The notes beneath the pieces are model-generated. The model saw only the letters and a list, made by a program, of their open reading frames with translations, was not told the origin of the DNA and did no database searches. A stretch of 63,888 bases of DNA, counting the filler, from Sluysia triapertura (Eukaryota), in the NCBI GenBank assembly GCA_046118255.1. It is 5 parts of 5 records of this genome, joined end to end, with 100 filler letters (N's around TTAATTAATTAA, not from the genome) between each part and the next. Parts side by side here need not be neighbours in the genome. Positions count along the whole stretch, not along the records: positions 34,379 to 52,541 come from JBJNIA010171923.1; positions 52,642 to 63,888 come from JBJNIA010186824.1; 3 more parts are not named here. One strand, given 5' to 3'. The position numbers and the translations under genes were made by a program. How positions within the stretch are numbered: position 1 is the stretch's first letter; each line of letters begins with the position of its first letter. This document shows positions 52,455 through 63,888 of this stretch, piece by piece.

Positions 52455-52541
52455 TTAATTTAAAGTTTTTAGTAATAATCGAGATTGAGGATTGAGGATT
52501 GTAAACTTGAAATATTTTGGATTGATTTTAAGATGTAAATT

Positions 52542-52641
52542 NNNNNNNNNNNNNNNNNNNNNNNNNNNNNNNNNNNNNNNNNNNNTTAATTAATTAANNN
52601 NNNNNNNNNNNNNNNNNNNNNNNNNNNNNNNNNNNNNNNNN
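52542..52641. other. Artificial scaffold-joining spacer
   Basis: 44N-TTAATTAATTAA-44N. Confidence 0.97.
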
Positions 52642-53983
52642 TTTGTATTTGTTACTTACATTTGATAAATAAACTTTTAGCGAGTTTAGTTTATATTATT
52701 TGATTTTAAGGAGAAGAGCTTGACTTTTAACGTTTTTAGAATCTAGGCAATCACATTTTTGCACTTCCATCGTTCCATCTACGACAAGCGAACCAGCGAT
52801 CCCAGATAAGTATAAATAAGTGTAAAAGCAAGACAAGACAAAAAATATTTAAAACATTTCCAACCCCAAAGTTATTATTAAACTTATAATATAATTTTTT
52901 AATTATATATATAACAATTATTTCCAATTATTTGAATTCAAACGCAAAGATATCAAAAGACACTTTTTGGTCGAAATAGGTATTAATAAACAGAAATCGT
53001 TTCAATAAATACTTAGTAAGCAAAAATGTGACATTTCATACTATATTTATCATAGAATAAATAGCGATACGCTTGCTGAAGTTTGGAATGATTTGATATT
53101 TAATTCTGTATGTAGATTAATAAACACATTTTAACACATTGCAAACTGTATCCAATGGTCAGGCATTTATGTGTCAAATATTATTAAATTAGTTACGATT
53201 TCTTAAATAACAAGTTATATAAAAATCAAGTTAGTTTTATCACTTTTAACATATGGAACTTATAACCTCAATGAATGCGTTTTCCGTTGCATTATCCCAC
53301 TTATAATGAAATGCCACAAGCTCTGGACCGCAAAACACAAGAATTCTCATGTGCTAAGAAAATCTATATGAATATTTGTGGTTATTATATTATACAAAAC
53401 TTGAAAAATTATTCCATCTGAACGAAATTCGAATAACTGAAGACTATCAAACAATTATGTGAAAAGAGTTATCGAATAAACTTATGTGGATGAATAAAGT
53501 GATAAAGGAAATTAGAATGTAAAGTAGTGGTATAGGTATTAATATAGCCAAAAAGTAGTAACAATCACTGCAAAAAGTTTTTATTAATATTCTTACAGAA
53601 AGTTATTCTTTATTATAAATTGTCAAAAACTTTTACTTATATCAAATACTTTAATAGATATATCAAGAATAAAGAAATAAACACACTAAATGAATCATAG
53701 AAAATGAATAATTAAATACTTCAACAGAATTTAAATACAATTATTGTATCAAAAATATATCAAGAAATGCTTAAAGACATTTTTGTTTAGTTTATTTGTA
53801 TTACATATTGATATAAATTTTTGTATGGAAAAAAAACCTTTAAAGTTCTGTTCTGATGAAATGCTAAGGAATTTGATGTTAAATTATAATAGGAGTCGAA
53901 ATATTAACAAATTAAATAAATTATAATTTTTTGCTAGGCAAACACATTACATTACAATATTTAATTTAATTTTTATTACCAAC

Positions 53984-54890
53984 CTCAGATACTACTTCAG
54001 CTTGAATAACATAATTTATACCGTTGTTAGTTAAACTAATAATTTTGGAATTTTGATTACCTCCAACATCTTTTATTTCGACGAAATCTCTCATTTTATA
54101 TACTTCTAAAATATTAATCGATTTATGGTATCGCTTTTCGTATAATTCAATGAATTTAAAAATTGACAATGAATAACCAGCTACTGATTTTAATAAAGAT
54201 GCTACCTCTTGCTTTAACGTATTAGATATCGTATCTGTAGTAATAGTTAATAAATTAACGTGAATTCGTTTATAACAATTTTTTACGGTGAAATTGAGAA
54301 ATGGCCAATCTTGCATCTTCTAAACCAGTGGTGTCAAACCTTTTTGCTTTACGGGCCGCATGATTTGCCTCCACTTTGACACCACTGTTCTAAACTATTC
54401 AATTTAATTATAGCACAATTTAAACCATCAGTGTGAGACTGAATATAAACATTGATTACTCGTTTAATAACACTTGAAAATTGATTGTGTAAAAATTTTT
54501 TCATTCTTTAGCACTGATATTGTAATCCAAATTTGCAACAATTAATTCAACACATTGACCATTACTTTGTGTTTCACTAAATTCATCAGAATTTTGATCT
54601 GTTGTGTTTAAGAAATTCGGTCTATTGTGCACAAATTCATTTAAATTAGTTTGATTTTCTTCGAGTGAATCCAAGGGTAAATATATATTTTTGAAACAAT
54701 CTTTAAAATTAAAAATGAGTTTTTCATCGTTAATAGAAATGTTTAACTCAGCTTTATCCTCTTCTATAAAACAATTTGATAATTTGTTAAACCAATGTAT
54801 AGCTCTTTTTCTATTGTAAGACTCATTTACTGTTAAGTTACACAAAACACATTTCCGTAAAGTTGATGGATATAATGTTTAATGGTTTCA
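53984..54890 (-). pseudogene. MARF1: MARF1/Limkain-b1 fragment (RRM + first LOTUS domain), frameshifted and MITE-interrupted
   Basis: VELIVANLDYNISAKE..HTDG..AIIKLNSLEDARLAISQFHRKKL.YKRIHVNL...LKQEVASLLKSVAGYSLSIFKFIELYEKRYHKSINILEVYKMRDFVEIKD matches MARF1 RRM2-LOTUS1. Confidence 0.88.
54326..54387. mobile_element. 62-bp hAT (Buster/Charlie-type) MITE
   Basis: 8-bp TSD TTCTAAAC (54318-54325 and 54388-54395, central TA). 13-bp perfect TIR CAGTGGTGTCAAA. Confidence 0.95.
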
Positions 54891-55182
54891 TTGTACATAA
54901 AACATGATAAAAATTTACAATGTTGGTGTAACTGGGTGGGGCGGTATCGGCGGATTGGAATAATGTTAAGTGATAAGTTATCGTAATCTGAATATATTAT
55001 ATTCTATTTAAGTTAGGAAATATTAGTGTAACATGATTAAGATGTGTTATATTTTAGGTGTTGTTATGTGTGCAAGGTGTGGCAAAGGTGTACTGTGTAT
55101 TGACTATTTGTGATTGCGTTTGTTAGAGGTTCATGACTGAGTTGAACACTATAATTATTTGTTTATATAAATTTATTTATGT

Positions 55183-55640
55183 TGTATATTGCAAGATTTT
55201 GTAAGTTTTAAAAATATATTTTGGGATGCGAGTGCCCTACGATCTTAGACTTACACACTTAAGGGCCAAGTCGTAAGTGGTGGTTAATGGATGTTGATGT
55301 AGTCCAATATCTGGTATTTGATATGAATTCGTTTATTAAGTTACAGTGAAAATTAATTAAAAAATTAATAAGTGGTAATTTAAGTGAGATTTTTCTACCG
55401 TATACTAAAAACGATATCCTTACTAATTCACTTTTTCTATTTTTTAGGTTTCAATTTTGCAATAATCAATTTTTCAATAATTACTTATTTTGCAATAATT
55501 AATATTTAGGATAACAAAGCAAATGTATTAAAAATGTTAGTAAAACCAATAATAATATAAAATTATAAGGGATAATAATATTATCAGATTATTATATAAT
55601 CGTTTGTTACTAAAATTAGTTTAAATTTTACAACACCCAA
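55183..55640 (-). mobile_element. Family C repeat (subfamily 2), truncated
   Basis: Reverse-complement similarity to 32830-33947. Confidence 0.55.
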
Positions 55641-55742
55641 TGAAAAGGGGCGTATAAAAATAAAGTTTTTAAATTTTTTACTTATTAATTTACGGCCTAA
55701 ATTAAAAGGCTCACCTTATGCAAAATGATCTAACGAATAAAT

Positions 55743-56447
55743 TGTAGTGGCCAACCTTTTAACTTAAAAAAATTCAAAATAATTATCTCATATGTAATAT
55801 CACACTTACTCACATTATATGTCTTACTTTAGATTTATTAAAACCTCTTCGCATTTCAAAACATTTTAAATTCACAGCTTTATAACATTAAAATAATACT
55901 TACATTCAAACTATTAATGTACATTTTAAAATTCATTCAAAACATCTTAATTCATGATTTTACAACATCAGAATTACAAGTACTGATTAAACCATCAAAT
56001 ACACTTTAAAAATTAATCCAAAACAGTGCAGTTCACAATCCTTCAATACTCAATCATTAATATCATCGAAAAACATTAAAATCACAGTCACACCTTAAAC
56101 CATCGAACATAAATTTTAAAGTCAATCCAAAACATGTCAAGCTTGCAATATTTTTACATTCAGCCTCTAATGTCACCGATAAACATTATCTCAACACTTT
56201 TAAATCATTTTAGACTTTGCAATCAAATTTCTACCTTTTAATTAATTCCTCTAAACGGTCTTCTACTAACTCTTTCTATATGTTACATATTCTCAATAGA
56301 ATTCTATTTCACATTAGAAATTATTTCAATGAATTTTATTTATGTCAAGAAATATTTTTATTACTTATTATTAAAAGAACAATTTTGTTGAATAGAATTA
56401 AGATAGGTTTATGTGTTTTCTTTATTTTTCATCTTTATTATTACTAC

Positions 56448-56481
<34 letters not shown>

Positions 56482-57540
56482 TAATCTTCATATATTATTA
56501 TTATTATTAACATTAATTAACTCTATTTATACATTAAAAATATTATTTTATTATCATTATTATTATTTTTCATTATTAAGACCAGTATAACGGTCATTAT
56601 CATTTAATTAAATTTTCTATTTAATTATTCTACCCTGTTATCAGCCAACAGTTGATAAACTATTCAGCATGTCACGTTAACTGTCGACTGATGACAGTTA
56701 CTAAGTGTCATTGTGGTCAGTCATTTTATCTAAATATTTTTAGTAGTGTGACTATAATTTCATTGGTTGTCCAACCAAATCTACTATTAGTATCATTGTT
56801 TCTCGTTCTGGTTGGACAACCAGTGTATGTTGCTGTATACATTTAGTAAAAATTTGGCAAAAAACAAAAAAATTTATTATCAAAAATTTTTGTAGTACAT
56901 AGAAAATAAAGAAAAAGAACAAATAAATTATAATTGTTTCTACTTGAGATGCCTACGATAAAAGAAAACATCACAGAAATTATTAGATTAATTTTAGATC
57001 AACCACAAGATGTGTTAATTTATGTTAATGAAATTAGTAATGAAAGTGTACCAGAAGAAATTTTAGATTGTAATTTAGTTCTTTGGTCTAGATTCTTTAA
57101 GAAGTTTTCTGAACAGAATGACTGCCATGATTTTGAAGTTTGGTTGGAGTTATGTATTGACAAAACAATTAATATGGTACAATTTCCAATTCGTGTGGAT
57201 AGATTATTTTGTCGCATTTGATATGATCCTTTTATTGTGGAAATCAATGTAATTGAAAAAAGGCAATAAATATTCTTTTGTAAAATTTTTGAATAATGCC
57301 GTAATAATTACGTGAATCTTCAAATTTCTTATTATTTAAATAGTTATTGATCTCTCCTTGAATGTTGTTTTATTAAAATTTTAAATATTTTAATTTTTAA
57401 ATAAATTTTAATGTGACAATGTGATGATTTTCTAAATTTAATATTAAACTAATTTTAATAATAAATTAATTTTAATAACCATACATTATATATTCAGGGA
57501 AATCATATAAAATTCACAACCACACTTCATCACATAAGAA
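55743..57540 (+). mobile_element. Family A copy 4 (right end undefined)
   Basis: Starts TGTAGTGGCCAACC, then a C/A-skewed segment, (TTA)n, hairpins at 56635-56697 and 56761-56825, and a cargo ORF from 56949. Confidence 0.72.
56949..57360 (+). pseudogene. Family A copy 4 cargo: short orphan ORF remnant with no visible similarity to the other cargos
   Basis: MPTIKENITEIIRLILDQPQDV...RLFCRI*YDPFIVEINVIEKRQ*; reading continues through stops. Confidence 0.5.
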
Positions 57541-57817
57541 CATTTCTTACATACACAGAACATTAAATAAACTACTTGACTCATTGTTAATATAAATCCA
57601 ATCGTATTAAAATATATAATAATCATTACCATTGTTATATAATATGATTATCATGATTGTCATACAATAACTTTTATAACATTACAATATCATCAATATC
57701 ATCATATTAAAATATAACAATTATATCATGGTTATCATTATGATTTCTTTTTATTTTACGCTTCACCTTTCTTCTTCTTTTGTTGTATGAAATTGTTCGA
57801 GCAAGTGATTTACCAAA

Positions 57818-58678
57818 CCACTGAAAGGACTGCGATCAAATTTACTTCGATCTTACTTAAACGATCCTGATATCAGATAACAAATTCTTTGATGTATGCA
57901 ATGATAATGAACGATGGCACGAAATGTTATTCGGTTTATGTTTTTATGTTTTTTATGCTTTAGTGCAAGAATGACGAAAATTCGGCCCACTTGGTTGGAA
58001 TATTCTATACGAATTTAATGATTCTGATTTACGTATTAGTATGCGACAAATGAAAATGTTTTTAATTGAATACATTAAAATTACACTTGCCACTCCTACA
58101 TATTTAACTGGTGAATGTAACTACGGTAGTCATTTGACAGATGATAAAGACAGACGACTTCTTATATCATTGTTGTATATTTTTTTATAATGAACTTACT
58201 GTCATAGCTGCAAATTATGCATTTTCTGAAGTATCACATATTATTGTCCAAATGTTGGCACACCAAGATTTTATCGATTACATACGTTCATTACCACTGA
58301 ATCCAAATCCGGAAGTGTATGGTTTACACGAAAATGCCGATATTACAAAAGATAACCAAGAAACTAATCACTTATGAAATGGAATTTTGTTAACTCTACC
58401 TCGGCAAACTAGTAATGAAGATAAGTCATCTGAAGCAGCAATAGAAGAATTGGCTGAAGCATTCTTAAAAAATTACCAAACGATTTTGACTTGGAAACAT
58501 TTACGAAAACATATCCAGTTGTATGTAATGAACCAATGAACACAGTACTTCGAAAAGAACTTATCCGCTTTAAGAAGCTCATTTCTGGCGTGCGAAATAC
58601 GCTTCAAAATCTAAAAAAGCAATAATCGGCTTAGTGGTCATGAATAGTGAACTGGAAGATGTATTTGATTCCTTATAA
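57818..58678 (+). pseudogene. DNAH3: Axonemal inner-arm dynein heavy chain (DNAH3-like) fragment, AAA6 lid/C-domain, intronless, many lesions
   Basis: [102 protein letters not shown]. Confidence 0.92.
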
Positions 58679-59495
58679 ACATTATGTAAAAATTAGTCTC
58701 CAACAATTGGTGAGCGAGAATAACGAAACGAGTTGTATTTAGATAATATTTCTAAATTACAAGATCATAAAACGCAATCATAATCGGCACAAAATGCAAC
58801 AGTTGTTTAGTAGTCAATCTGAAATACCAGATATATTTTTATTATTATTATTAATGCCACTTATTGCTATATAATAATTTTTTTCGTTGGTATTACTAGT
58901 AGTCATTCCTCTGAAAATATTTACGGAGTCTAATTCTATTCAATATTTGTTGTAAGTAATTCATTACGCGAGTACATTTGTGAATTGGATTATATTTGTG
59001 TGTCAATAAACGAAATTCTTTAAATATAAAAATGCAAATATCATTATTACTATTAATAGAAATAACCAATCAAAATTATGTATGTTTCATCAGATCGAAA
59101 ACTTAATGATGCTTTAGCATTGGTAATAGTGGCAATAGAAGCAGTAGTAGTGAGTGTAGCAATATTATTTGAATGAATATCATCCATTTCTGTTGAATCC
59201 ATGTCATTAATTAGCATTTGATAAAGATTGTGTCGTTTTTGAGTAACAATTAATGGGTTATAATTTATTTTCATAGAAAAATAAATTAATCTTGGAATTA
59301 TAATAACAAGTGTTGAAAATTAAATATCCGATTAATGATTTTATTAGATCAAGCACAAGTGGTGCATTAATGAGTACTTTTGATAAAATTGTCACCATCA
59401 GCAATCTGAAATTATAAAAATTTAAGTTTATAAAAATTAATGTAAAAAAAAATAAATAACAGGCAACCAAAAATAAAAGATCGATAATTTAAATT

Positions 59496-60102
59496 ATGCC
59501 TATTACATATTCAGCAAATGTAACTCCTATTACGTTTATTAAAATATTGTCAATTTCGAGTGGTGGTATAATTAAGACCGTTAATTCCTCGTAACGAGTT
59601 ATTATTTTATTATTGCCGCTGAAAAGCTTTCTAAAGTACATAATTTCATCATAAATTCATGTAAACATGTTAATGGTACTTATGCTAATGTACCTATCTC
59701 ATTCATATTGGGTTTTTATCAATCGACAGTATTGACTAGATGGTACGATAAAATTCAATTGGTGCTATGGACAGATCATATTGCATTTCTTATTTCAACT
59801 TACATTCATTGTAATTAAGTTACAGCGTCATACTTACGTGGTAATATGATTCGCTATTTAAATACTTCATTTGTTTTATATGGTCGTGAATATTCGTACA
59901 ATATTTATCAACAATTTCCAGATAGATAACATGTAATTAAATTGCATTTTAATTGAACAAGAATATGCAGAAGTGCACAGCACATTGCAGTTTTAGTCAT
60001 TATTATGTTCCATGTAATTGGGCGATAAATTTGGCATATAAAGCTAGTGAAAACAATTGGATTTTGTCAGATCCTGAATTCGATAAAATAGCAACGATGA
60101 TT
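59496..60102 (+). pseudogene. BEST: Bestrophin N-terminal half, intronless, with stops and frameshifts
   Basis: MPITYSANV...VPISFILGFYQSTVLTRWY...WTDHIAFLIS...LRGNMIRYLN...QQFP...YYVPCNWAINL follows the bestrophin motif order. Confidence 0.88.
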
Positions 60103-62424
60103 GTAATAGTGAATCATAAATTATCGTTTAACCATACCTTAGTGTCAGTACGAAAAATTAATAAAACGATAGTTATCGCAATCAAGTTATCATAAATACG
60201 ATTTAAAATGAGTATTTAACAGTTTGTATCCTTTTGCAGTGATCGCTTTTTCGTTTCAATACACTAAAATAGGTTTTATTGGTTTTTTAATATTTTGTTA
60301 TCTATTAAGGATATTTCATTAATTTGTTACTTGTTTAAAGGCATTAAGCCTATTTTGTTAACTATTTTAAACGATTAGCTAAATTTGTTGAATAAGTTAA
60401 TTAATTGTTTTAATTGTTCATTGTTTTAATTAAGTTGTTAACGTTCTATAGTAAAAAGCCCTCCAGTATATACAATAATATAATAATAATACAATATAAT
60501 AATATTACAATACAAAAAAATACTATACGTTATTTTTACACACGATTTATTGATTTATTATCTAATTCGTTTATTATGAAATTTATTTATAATGTTGGTT
60601 TTATAAATAATTCAAACTTAATATTTATTCTTTGTAAAACTTAACTTAATGCTGGATACTCTTGTATGAAAAATTTAAATATCGTAACGTATTTTATTTA
60701 TGTAAACAATTAAATTTGTCAATGCAAACCTTATAAAACGTCTTAACAAATTTTTAACTTTATCAATATGTATTCTTGCTTCTTCGATGATAATTTAAAC
60801 TTATTTAGTTAAGCTCTTAGCTGTTATTTTATCTTATAAACTCTTAATCGTCTTATCTATAAAATTGTTTTATATAGAAGCGTGAGCTTGGATACTCGTT
60901 CCGATGACCGGGAATGGAAACGCAAACAAGTCTTTATTTTATTTCGAAATGGAATTTTACGTTGATTAATGAATGATATCAGATTCAACCTTATTCAAAT
61001 TGTTAGTGTGTGCTATAATAATTTTTCAAAATTCTAATAACTGTTTAATAATTGTAATCTATACAATTTGTTTGTAATGATAAATCATTAAAATATTAAT
61101 AATAATTTTAAATAATTTAAATAATAAATGAAATCTTAAATTGAAATTATTTTTAAATTATTATTATTATTATTATATTGTTCATTATTATCTAAAAAAT
61201 ACCATTATTTAAAAACAATAAACTATCAATAAATTCTACTACGATAAATACTATAAATACGTTGAAATTTTGTTTGCTGTCACAATAATAAAACACGTAG
61301 TTACATATGAAAGTTTTGTATTGTTTAAAGCGTTGAATTTAAAAGAAGATATTGATTTGAAATTTATTATTGGGAAGAAATTAATCGAATACGCTGAAAT
61401 TTTATTCAATTTGTCTCCTCGTTCAAATTATAGAGAATAAATACTAATTGATTGTTAAATAGATTGATTCTTTGTTTGAGAAAATAATGCTGATTGATTT
61501 GAAATCGTTAGTTTTATACGTTTAAGATAATTTTAAAAGGAGATAAATTGCACTTAAAATTAATCTAAAAAATCTTTGTAATTTTTTATTGCGATATAAA
61601 TTCCTTTTATAATATAATTATTATGCGAAATATTAATTACAAATTAATATTATTAATGAGCTTTCATTATGAAATTCTTATTACAATTTTTATAGTAAGT
61701 GTGACGAGTAAATATTTAGCATATCGTAAAATTTTATTAAATACTTTATTAACGTTTAATATATTCATGGATCAAACTTTATTCATATCATTAGTTTTTA
61801 TTATTAACGTTTTAATATTTTATGTATCGAATTTGATTCATATCGTATATTTCATTAGTTTTTATTCATAAATAAGTGTAATATTTTTGTGTGTGAATAT
61901 ATTTCATTGAATTTTGTTAATATAATATATTTTGTGAATTACATTCGTTATAATAAATAATTTCGGCTGTTCCTTCTTATTTTTATTTCTTATTTTTACA
62001 GCCTTTTACTTGTAATAAGGAGATTTCATTACACATTCAAAGTATTCAGATCACTTTTGATGATAAGTAAAAGTAGTCCGTTAAATTTAAAAACGAAACA
62101 TCCATACTATTTACCTCATACTCTCCATTCATTCTTACGACGCTGCCATCTATGCGGTGGCCCTTTAGTGAGTAAGCCCAGTGTCATAGAGAACTCATAA
62201 ATTATAAATAGTCTTCTGTAGAATATTTAATCGGTAAATCTTCGAAAAATTTTTTAACTCTTTTTCAAACGTATACTTGTTTATATTTTGAAAAATTCTG
62301 TATATATACTATTTTTAGTCAATGCTATTTATGTCGTAAGTAAGTTGCTAAATGTCGAAAAATAACTTACTTGCATAAAAATGGTTTCTTTCTGTTCCTC
62401 GGTTTATGAACTGTAGTTTTTTTA

Positions 62425-62477
<53 letters not shown>

Positions 62478-62490
62478 TATCAAATTTTAG

Positions 62491-62792
62491 ATTTACTCAC
62501 GACATTGAAGTTGGTAGCTGCGATGAATTATATTTAGATGTGTTAAGTATTATTCGGTTAAACAGCAATAGTACAAATAAAACAATTGTTATCGATCCAG
62601 AAGTATTCGCTAATCATTTGCGAAATTTAATCAAAACCGAAACCGATTGCACTGCTTCTTGTGGTATTGGATTGAACATTTTATCAGCTAAATTGGCAAC
62701 AAATTGTGCAAAACCAAATGGAGTTTACTGGATGAAATCTAATGAAGATGTGATAAATCTGATTAGTGAAAAATCGATACGGATTTTACCGG
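62491..62792 (+). CDS. REV1: REV1 (Y-family deoxycytidyl transferase) catalytic-core exon, isolated
   Basis: ttttag|..FTHDIEVGSCDELYLDV...FANHLRNLIKTETDCTASCGIGLNILSAKLATNCAKPNG...ILPG. SCDE is REV1-specific. Weak donor, and no neighbouring REV1 exons recognised. Confidence 0.87.
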
Positions 62793-62811
62793 GTTTTAAA
62801 TATTTATATTA

Positions 62812-63150
62812 TGTTAGATGCAATGCTGACACCATTGCGGATCTTTAGTGTAAAAACATGAGGTGTGTCTCGGTACAAACTATCAAATGTGAACGAAGAT
62901 AAGATTTGACCTAGTTTACTCTTTATCAAATATAGTCGTTTGAAGTAGTAATTGTACCGTAAAAAATGAAAATTAAGTAACTCGATGTTCAGCAGGAATG
63001 CGTGACGAAAAGACACGTACAACACAAACTAGTGAAAATCGTGGTTGTTTCGGGAACATTCAGTGATTCACGTGAACATGGTATCACAGTTATAGAGATG
63101 TCTTGTAGATTGTCTTAGAAAAGTTTAAGCTGAAATTTATCCTCTAGAAT
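62812..63150 (-). mobile_element. Possible LTR-like fragment just downstream of the REV1 exon
   Basis: Abrupt GC-richer block starting TGTTAGATG on +. Other end and TSD not found. Confidence 0.3.
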
Positions 63151-63888
63151 GATCGAAATTTTGCATACCGATTATTTGTATTTAAGCACGTAATTGATTC
63201 GTAAAAGTTATTGTCAGTATTGTTGGTGCAATTATTGTCGTTGACGAGCTCAGGCTTTGGAGTTTAATTTTAAAAATAAAACAGCATAAATTACTTTTAA
63301 AGCTTAAACAATGCTTAAAATAGTTTATTGTCATGCAAGTTAAAATTATTATAGGGTTTTAAATTAATAACCAACTTTAAATTGAAAACATAATTCGAAA
63401 TATTAAATTGAAAATAAAAATTAATTAAAAGAACAGCATAAAAATCTAGTAAACCTTATTATGATTTCATGAGAGTTAGTTCGATTAATTAATTGAGCAA
63501 TAAGAAACGGTGGTCAAGATGTTGAATCAATTTCTGAGTAAATTCTGAAGGAAAGAAAATTTATTAAAATCGAAATAAGAGTGAATTAAAACTATATTGG
63601 ATATTAGTTATAGCTATTTAAAGATTGTAAAATAAATGATGGATCAGCACAATTTATAAATAATTTTTTTATATTGACATGTAATTGATTTTTTAGATAA
63701 TTAAGTAATACAATAGTTTGAACAATAGATTTAAAAGATATACATAGATTATATTTTTAAATTATTTTTAAATGATTGTAGTTCTGTGGTTTTTCTTAAC
63801 TCTTAACCTACGGCAAAATAAAATTGAGTAGGGTCCGATGAGAGCTAACGTCTTATGTCGTAAATATGGCGTCTTTGTAACTAACACA

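Overview
Very AT-rich animal genomic DNA with no prokaryotic features. It is five unrelated scaffolds (1-11109, 11210-22744, 22845-34278, 34379-52541, 52642-63888) joined by an artificial 100-nt spacer (44 N + TTAATTAATTAA + 44 N). Recognisable host coding pieces are a spliced C-type lectin domain gene, one discoidin-domain-receptor exon, a terminal polyproline+WH2 exon, one REV1 exon, and broken fragments of MARF1, DNAH3 and a bestrophin. Most of the rest is transposon debris: L2/CR1 LINE pieces, Tc1 and hAT transposase remnants, and tiny pogo-, piggyBac- and hAT-type MITEs. The most unusual signal is a set of TG...CA-bounded, solo-LTR-like elements with no gag/pol. Family A (four copies, about 2.2-2.6 kb where both ends are visible, exact 5-bp TSDs in two, one with a visible empty site) shares a TGTRRTGGCCAAC end, a strand-skewed segment and two covarying hairpins, but carries different orphan cargo ORFs. 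Family B has a conserved AATAAA-GTGAGT-stem-loop/pseudoknot module, and one copy carries an antisense type-I-membrane-protein ORF. All homology calls are from motif recognition by eye; no searches were run.
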